Shown: piece by piece, positions 20,649 through 29,766 of the stretch
Layout of the letters: the number at the start of each line of letters is the position of its first letter
Position numbering within the stretch: position 1 is the stretch's first letter
Assembly (NCBI GenBank): GCA_044440125.1
Contig: JBITAJ010000022.1
Location: 1 to 64,000, forward strand
Reading direction: 5' to 3'
Length of the DNA: 64,000 nucleotides
Source of the DNA: Sedimentisphaeraceae bacterium JB056
GTDB taxonomy: Bacteria > Planctomycetota > Phycisphaerae > Sedimentisphaerales > Sedimentisphaeraceae
Made by a program: the position numbers and the translations under genes
Notes under the pieces: generated by a model
What the model was told of the DNA's origin: nothing
The model's input: only the letters and a program-made list of their open reading frames with translations
Database searches by the model: none

Positions 20649-21584
20649 TCAGTTACTCTTTTTACTGCTTGTCTCAGGCATGACCTCAAGCATTCTGTAC
20701 AGAGAGACACGCGCTTTCTTTGCTGTCTCTTCAGGTACATCAACCTCGTAAACCATATTTTCGAGTGAATATATGAGTTTATCAAGTGTCATCTTTTTCA
20801 TGTTCATGCAAGTTGCAACACAGCCGTTTATGAACTCTTTCTCTGGATTCTGCTTCTTAAGTGCATGCAGGATACCCGGTTCTGTAGCAACAATGAATTT
20901 AATCTGTTCGCTGCTTTTTGCGTAAGCCAGCATCTGTCCGGTACTCAAAAGCACATCAGCAACCTCTCTTGTGAGTTCAGGGCATTCTGGATGCGCCATT
21001 ATAGTTGCATCAGGATTATTCTGCTTCAATTCCTTAAGATGATCAGCCGATATTCTCGCATGCGTTGGGCAATACCCAGGCCACAAGATTATATTTTTTC
21101 CGGTGCGTTCCTTTACATAACTTCCCAAATATCTGTCTGGAACAAATATTATTCCCTTGTCATCAGGCAGTTTTGATACCAGCTCAATCGCATTTCCGCT
21201 TGTGCAGCAATAATCGCTAAGAGCCTTGACCTCGGCTGTACTATTGACATAGCACACAACTAACGCATCTGGGTACTGCTTCTTAAAATCGGCAAGCTGC
21301 TCAGCCGTTATCATGTCTGCCATAGGACATCCGGCAGTCATATCCGGTATAAGGACCGTTTTTTGAGGCGAAAGTATCTTTGCCGTCTCTGCCATGAAAT
21401 GAACGCCGCAAAATACAATTACATCCGCATCTGTAGCTGCCGCCTGTTTGCTGAGACCAAGTGAATCGCCGGCAAAATCCGCTATATCCTGTATCTCAGG
21501 AAGTACATAATTGTGCGCAAGTATAACAGCGTTGCGTTCTTTTTTGAGTCTTAATATCTTTTCTGTGGTAGTTTCGATAGCCAT
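20649..21584 (-). CDS. nadA: Quinolinate synthase
   Basis: ILAHNY, GDSLGLS, FCGVHFMAETAK, GCPMA, YVNS, CPTH, AHPEC, C.NMK; ATG at 21584. Confidence 0.96.
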   Translation of the reverse strand: MAIETTTEKILRLKKERNAVILAHNYVLPEIQDIADFAGDSLGLSKQAAATDADVIVFCGVHFMAETAKILSPQKTVLIPDMTAGCPMADMITAEQLADFKKQYPDALVVCYVNSTAEVKALSDYCCTSGNAIELVSKLPDDKGIIFVPDRYLGSYVKERTGKNIILWPGYCPTHARISADHLKELKQNNPDATIMAHPECPELTREVADVLLSTGQMLAYAKSSEQIKFIVATEPGILHALKKQNPEKEFINGCVATCMNMKKMTLDKLIYSLENMVYEVDVPEETAKKARVSLYRMLEVMPETSSKKSN

Positions 21585-21627
21585 AGTAAAAATCAAAATT
21601 ATCTAAATTTATTAAAAGCTGGAATGC

Positions 21628-22701
21628 TCAACCTTTTGATGGATTAAAGGATGTTTTCTTTTTTACGACCTTCTTCTCAAAAGGACGGTATTTCCTAAGC
21701 ATTTCCAGCAAATTGTTCATATCATCATAAATAGGGGCTTCAAACTTCATTCTTTTACCGGTTTTAGGATGATCTATTGCAAGTTTCCATGCATGCAAAG
21801 CTTGCCGTGACAATAACGGATTTTCAGGCCTTGGCTGCCTATCTTCAAGCTGCCATAAATACACATCCTTGCCGCCATACATTTGGTCTGCCACAAGGGG
21901 ATGTCCAATATGAGACATATGTACCCTTATTTGATGTGTACGTCCGGTGTATAGGTCGAGTTCGACCAGCGAAAATCCGCGGAACCGTTCTAAAACCTTG
22001 TAAACAGTGATAGCTTCTTTGCCTTCATCAAATCTGACAGCCGATCTTTCTCGATTTGTCGGGTGCATACCGATAAGAGTTTTTATCTGATCGCTGTCAA
22101 GCTCAGGGTTGCCATGAACAATAGCAACATACGTCTTCTTGGTAGTCCTGTTGCGGAACTGATCAGAAAGCTTCCACTGAACTTCATCAGTCTTGGCTAC
22201 GACCATTGCCCCTGTTGTATCTTTATCAAGCCTGTGAACTATTCCAGGGCGATAATGATACGTACCCGTCGAGAGTTTTTCACAATGATGAACCAGTGCA
22301 TTGACAAGTGTACCGCTTTTATACGCCCTTGCCGGATGCACTACAATATTAGGCTGCTTATTTATAACAAGCAGATAATCATCTTCATAAACTACATCAA
22401 TCGGTATATCTTCTGGCTCGACATTCTTGACCTGAGGCTTAGGCAACGTAACAGCTACTACATCATCTGAGTTTAATGTAGTTGATGGTTTTACCTTCTT
22501 GTCATTTACAAGTACATCGCCCTCTTTTACCAATTTCTGGACAAGAGTCCTCGAAAACCTACTGAATTTGCTGTTAAGATATTGGTCAACCCTCTTAAGC
22601 TTTAGATTTGGACCTACCTTCAGATAGACTTTCTCACCGCCTTGAAACTCTTCGAGTATCTTAGCAAGCTCCGAGGCATTGGCAAACCTGCCATCAGGCA
22701 A
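21628..22701 (-). CDS. rluD: RluA-family pseudouridine synthase with S4 domain (RluD-like); start uncertain
   Basis: INKQPNIVVHP, GIVHRLDKDTTG, TGRTHQIRVH, QALHA. Confidence 0.88.
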   Translation of the reverse strand: MPDGRFANASELAKILEEFQGGEKVYLKVGPNLKLKRVDQYLNSKFSRFSRTLVQKLVKEGDVLVNDKKVKPSTTLNSDDVVAVTLPKPQVKNVEPEDIPIDVVYEDDYLLVINKQPNIVVHPARAYKSGTLVNALVHHCEKLSTGTYHYRPGIVHRLDKDTTGAMVVAKTDEVQWKLSDQFRNRTTKKTYVAIVHGNPELDSDQIKTLIGMHPTNRERSAVRFDEGKEAITVYKVLERFRGFSLVELDLYTGRTHQIRVHMSHIGHPLVADQMYGGKDVYLWQLEDRQPRPENPLLSRQALHAWKLAIDHPKTGKRMKFEAPIYDDMNNLLEMLRKYRPFEKKVVKKKTSFNPSKG

Positions 22702-22788
22702 TACAATATCCTCAAGATCATCAGCGATATGCTGCAGATGCGGTTTATATTTTATTTGCCCGTTTTCGATTATTCATTGCCTCTTATA

Positions 22789-23511
22789 TTAATTTACTGC
22801 GGTTTCTTCAACCTGAGCTTCTTCACTGTTCTCTACGGCTGGCTCAACCACAGGTTCGACAAAAGTAAAAGTTTGCTTAGCTGTTGCAAGGCCTTCAAGC
22901 TTGTCTTTTGCCATTTCTACAACACAAGTCTTGTCATAGTCAGTGTTTGCAAGAATTTGACCATAAAGAGTCGCTGCTTCATCAAATTTGCCTGCATCCT
23001 GTTTTGCAAGAGCAATACCATACTTTGCAAGTGCTTCTACAGTTATATTACCCTTTGCCTCTTTAATTGCTTCCTCATAAAGAGTTATAGCTTCCACTGT
23101 ATGTGCTTCAACCTGCTCGGCAGTTGGAACAGAATTGCTGTAATGAAGCTGTGCTCTTACTGCATCAGCAGCCTTAACCTTTGCAAGCGAATTCTGCACG
23201 CCTTTAAGAGCTGATGCCTTATCAAGCAGTTCGTCAACGAGATCACTAACCTCATCCATCGATTTTTCGCCTGAGATAGCTTCCGCTTTAGCTGCAGAGA
23301 TATCCTGATAGACAGCGGTAACCGCGGCCTGCTTATCCATATTAGGACGAACATCTTTTTGGCCCATCTTAGCAATCTGCATAAATCCGGCAACAATTAT
23401 AACAACAACACAAATACTTTCCCACCAGTGTTTCTTGATATAATCAGGTGCTTTCTTGGCATATACTACAAAATCATTCTGTTTCAACTCATGTCGATGT
23501 TCAGCATCCAT
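22789..23511 (-). CDS. Membrane-anchored TPR-like protein (YfgM-like)
   Basis: N-terminal EHRHELKQN motif, one TM segment, helical TPR-like repeats (AKYGIALA...DEAATLYGQI). Confidence 0.6.
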   Translation of the reverse strand: MDAEHRHELKQNDFVVYAKKAPDYIKKHWWESICVVVIIVAGFMQIAKMGQKDVRPNMDKQAAVTAVYQDISAAKAEAISGEKSMDEVSDLVDELLDKASALKGVQNSLAKVKAADAVRAQLHYSNSVPTAEQVEAHTVEAITLYEEAIKEAKGNITVEALAKYGIALAKQDAGKFDEAATLYGQILANTDYDKTCVVEMAKDKLEGLATAKQTFTFVEPVVEPAVENSEEAQVEETAVN

Positions 23512-23846
23512 AGTTTTTACTCCGCATTCTTATCAACTACAATAAATTAACACTTAATATCCGAACTCAATTACATAATATTGAGTATCTAATCTTGTTT
23601 TATTATAAAACTTTGCTTTTAGCTTGCAATAGTCGTTTCTCGTTAATACAATTTTATAGAAGAAAAATGAAAAATATTTCTGCATTATGCAGGTGCGAAA
23701 ACCTGTACAGGTAAAAGAAATCGCTATTTCAAGCTTTACCGCACAAAAAATTGCCGTAATATTTTTTTGTGGTTTCAAATACAATATATTAAAAATTATA
23801 GATATTTAAGTAGAAATCTGAATACAAAACACAAAAAGGATCGACA

Positions 23847-25640
23847 ATGCCCGGGATTAGAGTAATACTTCTTCTACTTGTAACTTTTTTTTACTCATCT
23901 ACGTTATTTGCTGAATTAGATAAAACACGCTATATTGCACTTGAAGAGATTGAACCAGGAATGGAAGGTTATGCTTTGAGTGTTTATGAAGGAACGCTTA
24001 TTGAGAAATTCCCGATAAAGGTTATCAGTATAGTAAAGGACTACAAGCCAGGTAATGACGCTATTTTCGTAATGGGAATCAATGAGAGATTCGAACATAC
24101 CGGCCCCGTTCAAGGCTGCAGTGGTTCCCCAGTTATACTTGACGGCAGAATAGCCGGAGCACTGGCTTTTGGCTGGGGATTCGTCAAGGACCCGCTCTAC
24201 GGTGTTACACCTATAGCCGAGATGCTGGAGATAAGCGAAAGACAGGAAGCAATAGGACAAAATGCACCAAAGATTAAACTCAATACCAAAGAGCTTGATT
24301 TCAGTAGAATATGCAAAGACGTAGCCGGATTCATAACTGAGCAAAACCAGCAAGGACCTATGGGGCTCCGCCCTCTTGATGTGCCTGTTATCAGCTCATT
24401 TTCATCAAAAGTCTGCAGCCAAATGGAAAACCTTTGCAATATTAAAATTTTCTCCGGCACCTCTGCAGGACAAGCAATAAACACCACTCCCGGCAGCTGC
24501 GTTCCGAATTTCGAAGCCGGATCGGTAATATGCATTCCAATGGTTGACGGCGACATTAAAATGGCGGCTACGGGTACTGTAACAGATGTTGTAGGTAACA
24601 AAGTCTACGCCTTCGGACATGCTTTCGAGGCTGCAGGAAAAGCAGAATTGCCGATGTCATGCGGACTCATACACATGGTTGTAGCTAATCAGATATCATC
24701 ATTCAAAGTTGGACAAAGCACCCAAACGGTCGGAACCATTACAACAGACGCATCAACCGGTATTCACGGTATAATCGGAAAGAACCCTCCTCTCATACCA
24801 TTTAAGATAACTGTAGACAGGAACGACAATCCAGAAACGGAAATTTATAATTGTACGCTTGCAAAGCATGACATGTATACTCCATATCTCATTCAGGCTG
24901 CTATAGCAGGAGCAGCCTTGTCTCAGGGAGATGTTCCTGCAGAGCATACAGTGGAGTATTCATGCAACATAGCAATTGATGGTTTTGATGACATAACTTT
25001 CAGCAACACTTCCAGCGGACAAAGTATCGGAGATGCAATATTTGAAACGGCAGGTCCAGTAGCGGCACTCATGAACAATCCTTTCAAAAAGATAGCTGTC
25101 AAGAATATTGATTTCAGCATTGATATAAAGGAAGGCGAAAGCCTTGCAGATATAACTCTGGTCAAGACGAATGACACCAAAGTCAAGCCCGGTCAAAGCA
25201 TAGATATGGAAATCTTTACAGAAAAGCGTTATCTGCCTGAAAAAAGTTACAAGGCAACGCTTGAAATACCTTCCGATATAACACCGGGGCGTTATCAGAT
25301 AGTTATCAGTGGAAGCGAGCTTTACCAGAACTTTATCAACTCTTCCAGACAATATGAGACAATGATAAATGACGCGTCTTCACTTGTTGAAGTTATGCGT
25401 AAAAAACTACAACAGCCTAAAGCAGGCCTTTACATTTTCATGCGAACTACTCAAAACGGTATCAGCATTGGCAAATCACCTCTTGAAGGACTGCCTTCAA
25501 GCAAGACGAAAACCTTGGCAAGCCCAAAAAGAAATTATAGAATCGCACCGATATTCAACTGGATAGAGACCCAAGTAGACACCAATGACATAATAATGGG
25601 GCAACACCAGATCAATATATTGGTTGAAGAAGAACTTTAA
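23847..25640 (+). CDS. Secreted SpoIVB peptidase S55-domain protein
   Basis: Signal peptide; QGCSGSPV..DGRIAGA (Ser motif) and GTVT....KVYAFGH (His motif). Confidence 0.85.
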   Translation: MPGIRVILLLLVTFFYSSTLFAELDKTRYIALEEIEPGMEGYALSVYEGTLIEKFPIKVISIVKDYKPGNDAIFVMGINERFEHTGPVQGCSGSPVILDGRIAGALAFGWGFVKDPLYGVTPIAEMLEISERQEAIGQNAPKIKLNTKELDFSRICKDVAGFITEQNQQGPMGLRPLDVPVISSFSSKVCSQMENLCNIKIFSGTSAGQAINTTPGSCVPNFEAGSVICIPMVDGDIKMAATGTVTDVVGNKVYAFGHAFEAAGKAELPMSCGLIHMVVANQISSFKVGQSTQTVGTITTDASTGIHGIIGKNPPLIPFKITVDRNDNPETEIYNCTLAKHDMYTPYLIQAAIAGAALSQGDVPAEHTVEYSCNIAIDGFDDITFSNTSSGQSIGDAIFETAGPVAALMNNPFKKIAVKNIDFSIDIKEGESLADITLVKTNDTKVKPGQSIDMEIFTEKRYLPEKSYKATLEIPSDITPGRYQIVISGSELYQNFINSSRQYETMINDASSLVEVMRKKLQQPKAGLYIFMRTTQNGISIGKSPLEGLPSSKTKTLASPKRNYRIAPIFNWIETQVDTNDIIMGQHQINILVEEEL

Positions 25641-25693
25641 TTGTTCACGACAGCAATGATAAAAACTTAAAAAGATATACCAGGAGAATATAT

Positions 25694-27952
25694 ATGAAAA
25701 GAACTCTTACAGTACTTTTAATTATCAGCATAAGTTCATACGTTAATGCCGTAACATCAAATATGACGGAGTTTACAAGCGGCAGTGACTTTGCCAAAGG
25801 CGATCCTAATGGCGTAGTCATTGATTCGAGCGGCAAGATAACACTTAATCGTGACTACAAAATAATCGCAGAAAAGTTCGATAACCTTTGGACAATAAAC
25901 TCAATCATTGAGATAGGCGAAAACATATTCATAGGTACAAGCCCTGATGGTGCCATACTGAAAATAAACGGCACAGACAAGGAAAAAATATACAGCGGAA
26001 ATGTCTCCAAGGAAAAGGAAGCTTCTGCTACCCAGACAAAGGAAAGCAATCAAATTCCTGAAGAAAAATGCGAAAAGTCGGCAACTGAAAGCTCGCAGTT
26101 CTCAAATGAGCATATTTTTGCGATGTGCGTTGACAGTCAGAAAAGATTGATTGCCGGTATCAGCGGGGAAGACTGCAGAATAATAAAATTCTCACCAGAT
26201 ATGAAAAGCTACGAAACAATCTGCAAGCTCAAAGACGACTCATTTATATTCAGCCTAATTGCAGATTCAAATGATAATATATATATAGCTTCTGGCCCTA
26301 ACGGCAAGATATATAAAATCAATTCAGGCAGCAGTGAGCCAGTAACCCTTTATGAATTAAACGAAAGAAATATTACAAGCCTTAAGCTTGTTGGTGACAA
26401 TTTGTACGCTGGTTCAGATAAACGTGGTATAGTTTATAAACTCAAATCTGACGGTTCAGAAACCAATGTTCTATACGACAGTGACCAAACAGACATAATT
26501 TCGATATTGCCGGACAGCAAAGGTAATTTATATGTTGTTGCGACCGGAACAGACAATTCAGGTAACGGCATGGGGAATATGCCGCCAATGAATATGCAGG
26601 TAATGCAACCTGAACAGCAGGATAATGATGCCTCAGATGATGAGGAAGGCAACAGGTTTTCAACATCGCAAGGCGGGCTGAGGATGACTATAGCCGCAAC
26701 AAAACCCCAAGAAAAAGATCAGAGACCTGAAATGTATAACGGGCAACAGCAAAATGCTGCAGAGAGTGTCGTTTACAAGATATCTCCAAATGGAATAACA
26801 AGTAAAGTAATGCAATCAAGAGGCCTTTTCCTTGATGCAAATCTTTCAGATAATGAAATATTCGTTGCCACAGGAAATAACGGCAAGCTTTTAAGTGTAA
26901 ATACAGAATCTCTTTTTCAGAGCAGCATATATGAGGACAGTAAAAGCAGCCAATTGACATCGCTGTTGAAAATTGACAAGGGATTGCTTTTAGGTCTTTC
27001 TAATCCGGCCAGATTAGTACTTCTTTCTCAAGGCTATGCCGAAACAGGAAACTGGGTATCTGAAATAATCGATGCAGGTCAGCCGGCATTGTGGGGTAAA
27101 CTCCAACTTGATGCACAAATACCAGAGGGCTGCAGTATAAAACTTTCAAGTCGCAGCGGCAATATAAGCGATTCTGAAAATGGCGACATGTCTCAATGGA
27201 GCAAACCAATTGAGGTTGAGGAAGCAACTGCCTTAGATTGTCCGACAGCCCGTTTTGCCCAGATCAAAATCATATTAGACAGCAACAGCGGCAAAGATAA
27301 GAGCCCGGTAATACGTGGAGTTGCACTCGCCAATGTAATCCCTAACATAGCACCTGTAATCAAAGGTATAAAGACGGCAAGAAGCCCACAGGAAGGCGCA
27401 AAAGGAATAATTAATATCGGCGTATCAGCGTCAGACGAAAACGATGACCCGCTATTATGCAGTTATTACATCCGTAATATAGAGTCTTCACTGTGGATAG
27501 AGATAGACAAGGATAACGAACAAAATAAATATCAATGGAATACGTTAAGTGTTCCTGACGGCATATACGAGATCAAAGCTGTTGTAAGCGATAAGAACGG
27601 CAACAACCCTCAGTCTTCACTCGAGGCAAGCTGGGTAAGCAATCCGGTAGCTGTAGATAATACTGCCCCTGAAATGATATCAAGTAATGTTACCGTAGGA
27701 GACAGTTCAGCTACAATCTTGCTTACATTGAAAGATCAGTACTCATTAATTGACACACTTCGTTACACTGTCGACAGTAAAGACAAATGGACGACTACAA
27801 TACCTGACGACATGCTTTATGACACAAAACAAGAGTCTTTCACGATAGTTGCAGATGAGCTCGAACCAGGGCCGCATATAATAGCTGTTGAAATCAGCGA
27901 TTCGCTTGGGAATAAGACATATGAAAGCTTTGCAGTGGAGTTGGAAAAGTGA
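25694..27952 (+). CDS. Secreted beta-propeller protein with C-terminal Ig/FN3-like domains
   Basis: Signal peptide; repeated IFIGTSPDG/IYIASGPNG/LYAGS/IFVATGNNG blades; C-terminal PDGIYEIK...DNTAP; AGGAG RBS. Confidence 0.7.
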   Translation: MKRTLTVLLIISISSYVNAVTSNMTEFTSGSDFAKGDPNGVVIDSSGKITLNRDYKIIAEKFDNLWTINSIIEIGENIFIGTSPDGAILKINGTDKEKIYSGNVSKEKEASATQTKESNQIPEEKCEKSATESSQFSNEHIFAMCVDSQKRLIAGISGEDCRIIKFSPDMKSYETICKLKDDSFIFSLIADSNDNIYIASGPNGKIYKINSGSSEPVTLYELNERNITSLKLVGDNLYAGSDKRGIVYKLKSDGSETNVLYDSDQTDIISILPDSKGNLYVVATGTDNSGNGMGNMPPMNMQVMQPEQQDNDASDDEEGNRFSTSQGGLRMTIAATKPQEKDQRPEMYNGQQQNAAESVVYKISPNGITSKVMQSRGLFLDANLSDNEIFVATGNNGKLLSVNTESLFQSSIYEDSKSSQLTSLLKIDKGLLLGLSNPARLVLLSQGYAETGNWVSEIIDAGQPALWGKLQLDAQIPEGCSIKLSSRSGNISDSENGDMSQWSKPIEVEEATALDCPTARFAQIKIILDSNSGKDKSPVIRGVALANVIPNIAPVIKGIKTARSPQEGAKGIINIGVSASDENDDPLLCSYYIRNIESSLWIEIDKDNEQNKYQWNTLSVPDGIYEIKAVVSDKNGNNPQSSLEASWVSNPVAVDNTAPEMISSNVTVGDSSATILLTLKDQYSLIDTLRYTVDSKDKWTTTIPDDMLYDTKQESFTIVADELEPGPHIIAVEISDSLGNKTYESFAVELEK

Positions 27953-28812
27953 GAACAATTAGCTATAATACAATAGTTGATACAGTCAAACAACTCTGTA
28001 TAGACAGTTGCTACATATTGCCTCAGGACGTTTATGATGCTATCGATAAATCCATTAAGACTGAGACAAACGCGAGAGCAAGAAACATCCTAAATCAGCT
28101 TATAGATAATGCTGACATAGCAAGAGAAGAACGCATACCGATATGTCAGGATACTGGACTGACTATAGTATTTGTTGAACAGGGTTCCAAGTGCGGATTT
28201 GAGCCCCCTTCAAGCGATTCAGAAGCGACTATAACGGATGCAATTAATGAAGGCGTTAAGCAAGGCTATAGTGATGGACTGCTGCGAAAAAGCCTTGTTA
28301 GCGAACCGCTGAATCAAAGGCTCAATACACAAACTAATACGCCGTCCATAATACATCACTCTATTGTCCGAGGCGACCATATAAAAATAAGTGTCATGTG
28401 CAAAGGCGGCGGCTGTGAAAACAAAAGCCAATTCAAAATGTTCAATCCTACTGCATCCAAAGAAGAAGTCATGGAGTGGGTAGTTGGCGTAGTAGACCAG
28501 GCTGGAGCAAATGCCTGCCCTCCATTCGTTATCGGCGTCGGCATTGGAGGAGATTTCGAACAGTGCTGCTTAAATAGCAAGAAAGCTTTGCTTAAGAAAC
28601 TGGGCGAAAAGAATCCTGACCCCTTTTATGCTGAAATGGAAGATGATCTGCTTGAGTCTATTAACAAGTGCGGATTTGGCCCACAAGGATTTGGCGGAGA
28701 CACCTCTGCTCTTGGTGTAATGATTGAGACAGCCGGATGCCACATTGCATCTCTGCCGGTAGCGGTGAATATTGAATGCCACGCACACAGGCATAAGACC
28801 GCGATACTTTAG
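27949..28812 (+). CDS. Class I fumarate hydratase / L-tartrate dehydratase alpha subunit (Fe-S)
   Basis: PICQDTG, KGGGCENKS, ACPPF.IGVGIGG, GPQGFGG, HIASLPVAVNIECHAHR; GTGA overlap with the upstream stop. Confidence 0.92.
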   Translation: MRTISYNTIVDTVKQLCIDSCYILPQDVYDAIDKSIKTETNARARNILNQLIDNADIAREERIPICQDTGLTIVFVEQGSKCGFEPPSSDSEATITDAINEGVKQGYSDGLLRKSLVSEPLNQRLNTQTNTPSIIHHSIVRGDHIKISVMCKGGGCENKSQFKMFNPTASKEEVMEWVVGVVDQAGANACPPFVIGVGIGGDFEQCCLNSKKALLKKLGEKNPDPFYAEMEDDLLESINKCGFGPQGFGGDTSALGVMIETAGCHIASLPVAVNIECHAHRHKTAIL

Positions 28813-28855
28813 AAGACAAATGAGATGTTTTGCGGCTTAGAACTAAAACGGAGCC

Positions 28856-29143
28856 TCAAAACATCTTTTCAAGACACTCTCGGCCGCTCATGCCCTCTTT
28901 TATGCCGAGACAGGCAGCAAGCTCATTTATCTCAGCCGCAGGAGCATCAAGGACATCCTCTATTGTCTTAACCGGACTTTGCACCCGAACCGCTGGATAA
29001 TCGAACTTGGCAAGAGCCTGGATATTAAATGCACCGCATGCGACCATACCTTTGCCTGTCGTGCAGAACAATACATTGAATGGCCCTGCATATACAGAAT
29101 AGCCCTTGGCCTGTCCGTTTGAAAGTTGTATTATCTTTTCCAT
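28856..29143 (-). CDS. YunC/DUF1805-family protein
   Basis: KGMVACGAFNI, VKTIEDVLDA, LGIKEGMSGRECLEKM. Confidence 0.8.
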   Translation of the reverse strand: MEKIIQLSNGQAKGYSVYAGPFNVLFCTTGKGMVACGAFNIQALAKFDYPAVRVQSPVKTIEDVLDAPAAEINELAACLGIKEGMSGRECLEKMF

Positions 29144-29147
29144 AAAG

Positions 29148-29177
29148 AAAAAAGGCAGACCCTTTCGAGCCTGCCTT
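29148..29177 (-). terminator. Intrinsic terminator of the hydrogenase cluster
   Basis: AAGGCAG/CTGCCTT stem followed by a U run on the - strand. Confidence 0.75.
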
Positions 29178-29185
29178 GATATAGT

Positions 29186-29677
29186 TTACGAAGCAGCCTT
29201 TTTGGCCTTTTCTCTATACATGTTGATAACTTCAACCACTGTTTCAGCAGTTAGGTCACCATATATCTCATCATCTATCATTATAACCGGTGCCAGTCCA
29301 CATGCACCAACGCAGCGGGCTTCTGAAAGAGTGAAAAGATTATCTTCTGTAGTACTGCCGACTTCTACGCCAAGCTCTTTTTTAAGAGCTTTAAGTATAT
29401 CAGCGGCTCCCTTGACGTAACAGGCTGTTCCCATACATACGGCAACATTGTACTTGCCCTGCTTCTCAAGATTGAAGAAGTGGTAGAAAGTAGCCACGCC
29501 CCAAATATGGGCAGTAGGTATATTCATTTGCTCTGATACGAAATCCATGGTATCACGTGAAAGGTATCCGAAAATGCTCTGTGCCTTATGAAGCACGGCA
29601 ATAAGATACGACTCAAAGTGAGGCTTGTCACGCAAACCATCGATAAAAGTCTGTAATTCCTTTAATTCTTTAGACAT
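29186..29677 (-). CDS. hydC: [FeFe]-hydrogenase NuoE-like 2Fe-2S subunit (HydC/HndA)
   Basis: VATFYHFF, VCMGTACYVKGA, RCVGACGLAPV. Confidence 0.92.
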   Translation of the reverse strand: MSKELKELQTFIDGLRDKPHFESYLIAVLHKAQSIFGYLSRDTMDFVSEQMNIPTAHIWGVATFYHFFNLEKQGKYNVAVCMGTACYVKGAADILKALKKELGVEVGSTTEDNLFTLSEARCVGACGLAPVIMIDDEIYGDLTAETVVEVINMYREKAKKAAS

Positions 29678-29720
29678 ATCTATTAACTCCTGATATTTAT
29701 CTGGATTTTTCTATAGTTAT

Positions 29721-29745
29721 GGGAAGCGGCTTGGTGCCGCCTCCC
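29721..29745 (-). other. GC-rich intra-operon stem-loop between hydA and hydC
   Basis: GGGAGGCGGC-ACCAA-GCCGCTTCCC on - strand, 10 bp with one G-U pair, no U tract. Confidence 0.55.
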
Positions 29746-29766
29746 TTGATAATTCTAAAACGCCAA

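Noticed and set aside
22642..23214. 190-aa + strand ORF
   Set aside because: Antisense to rluD and the TPR gene, with composition typical of shadow ORFs.
2725..27952. Scattered DPN/DAN tripeptides in secreted proteins as possible glycosylation marks
   Set aside because: Too few occurrences in this window to show enrichment by eye.
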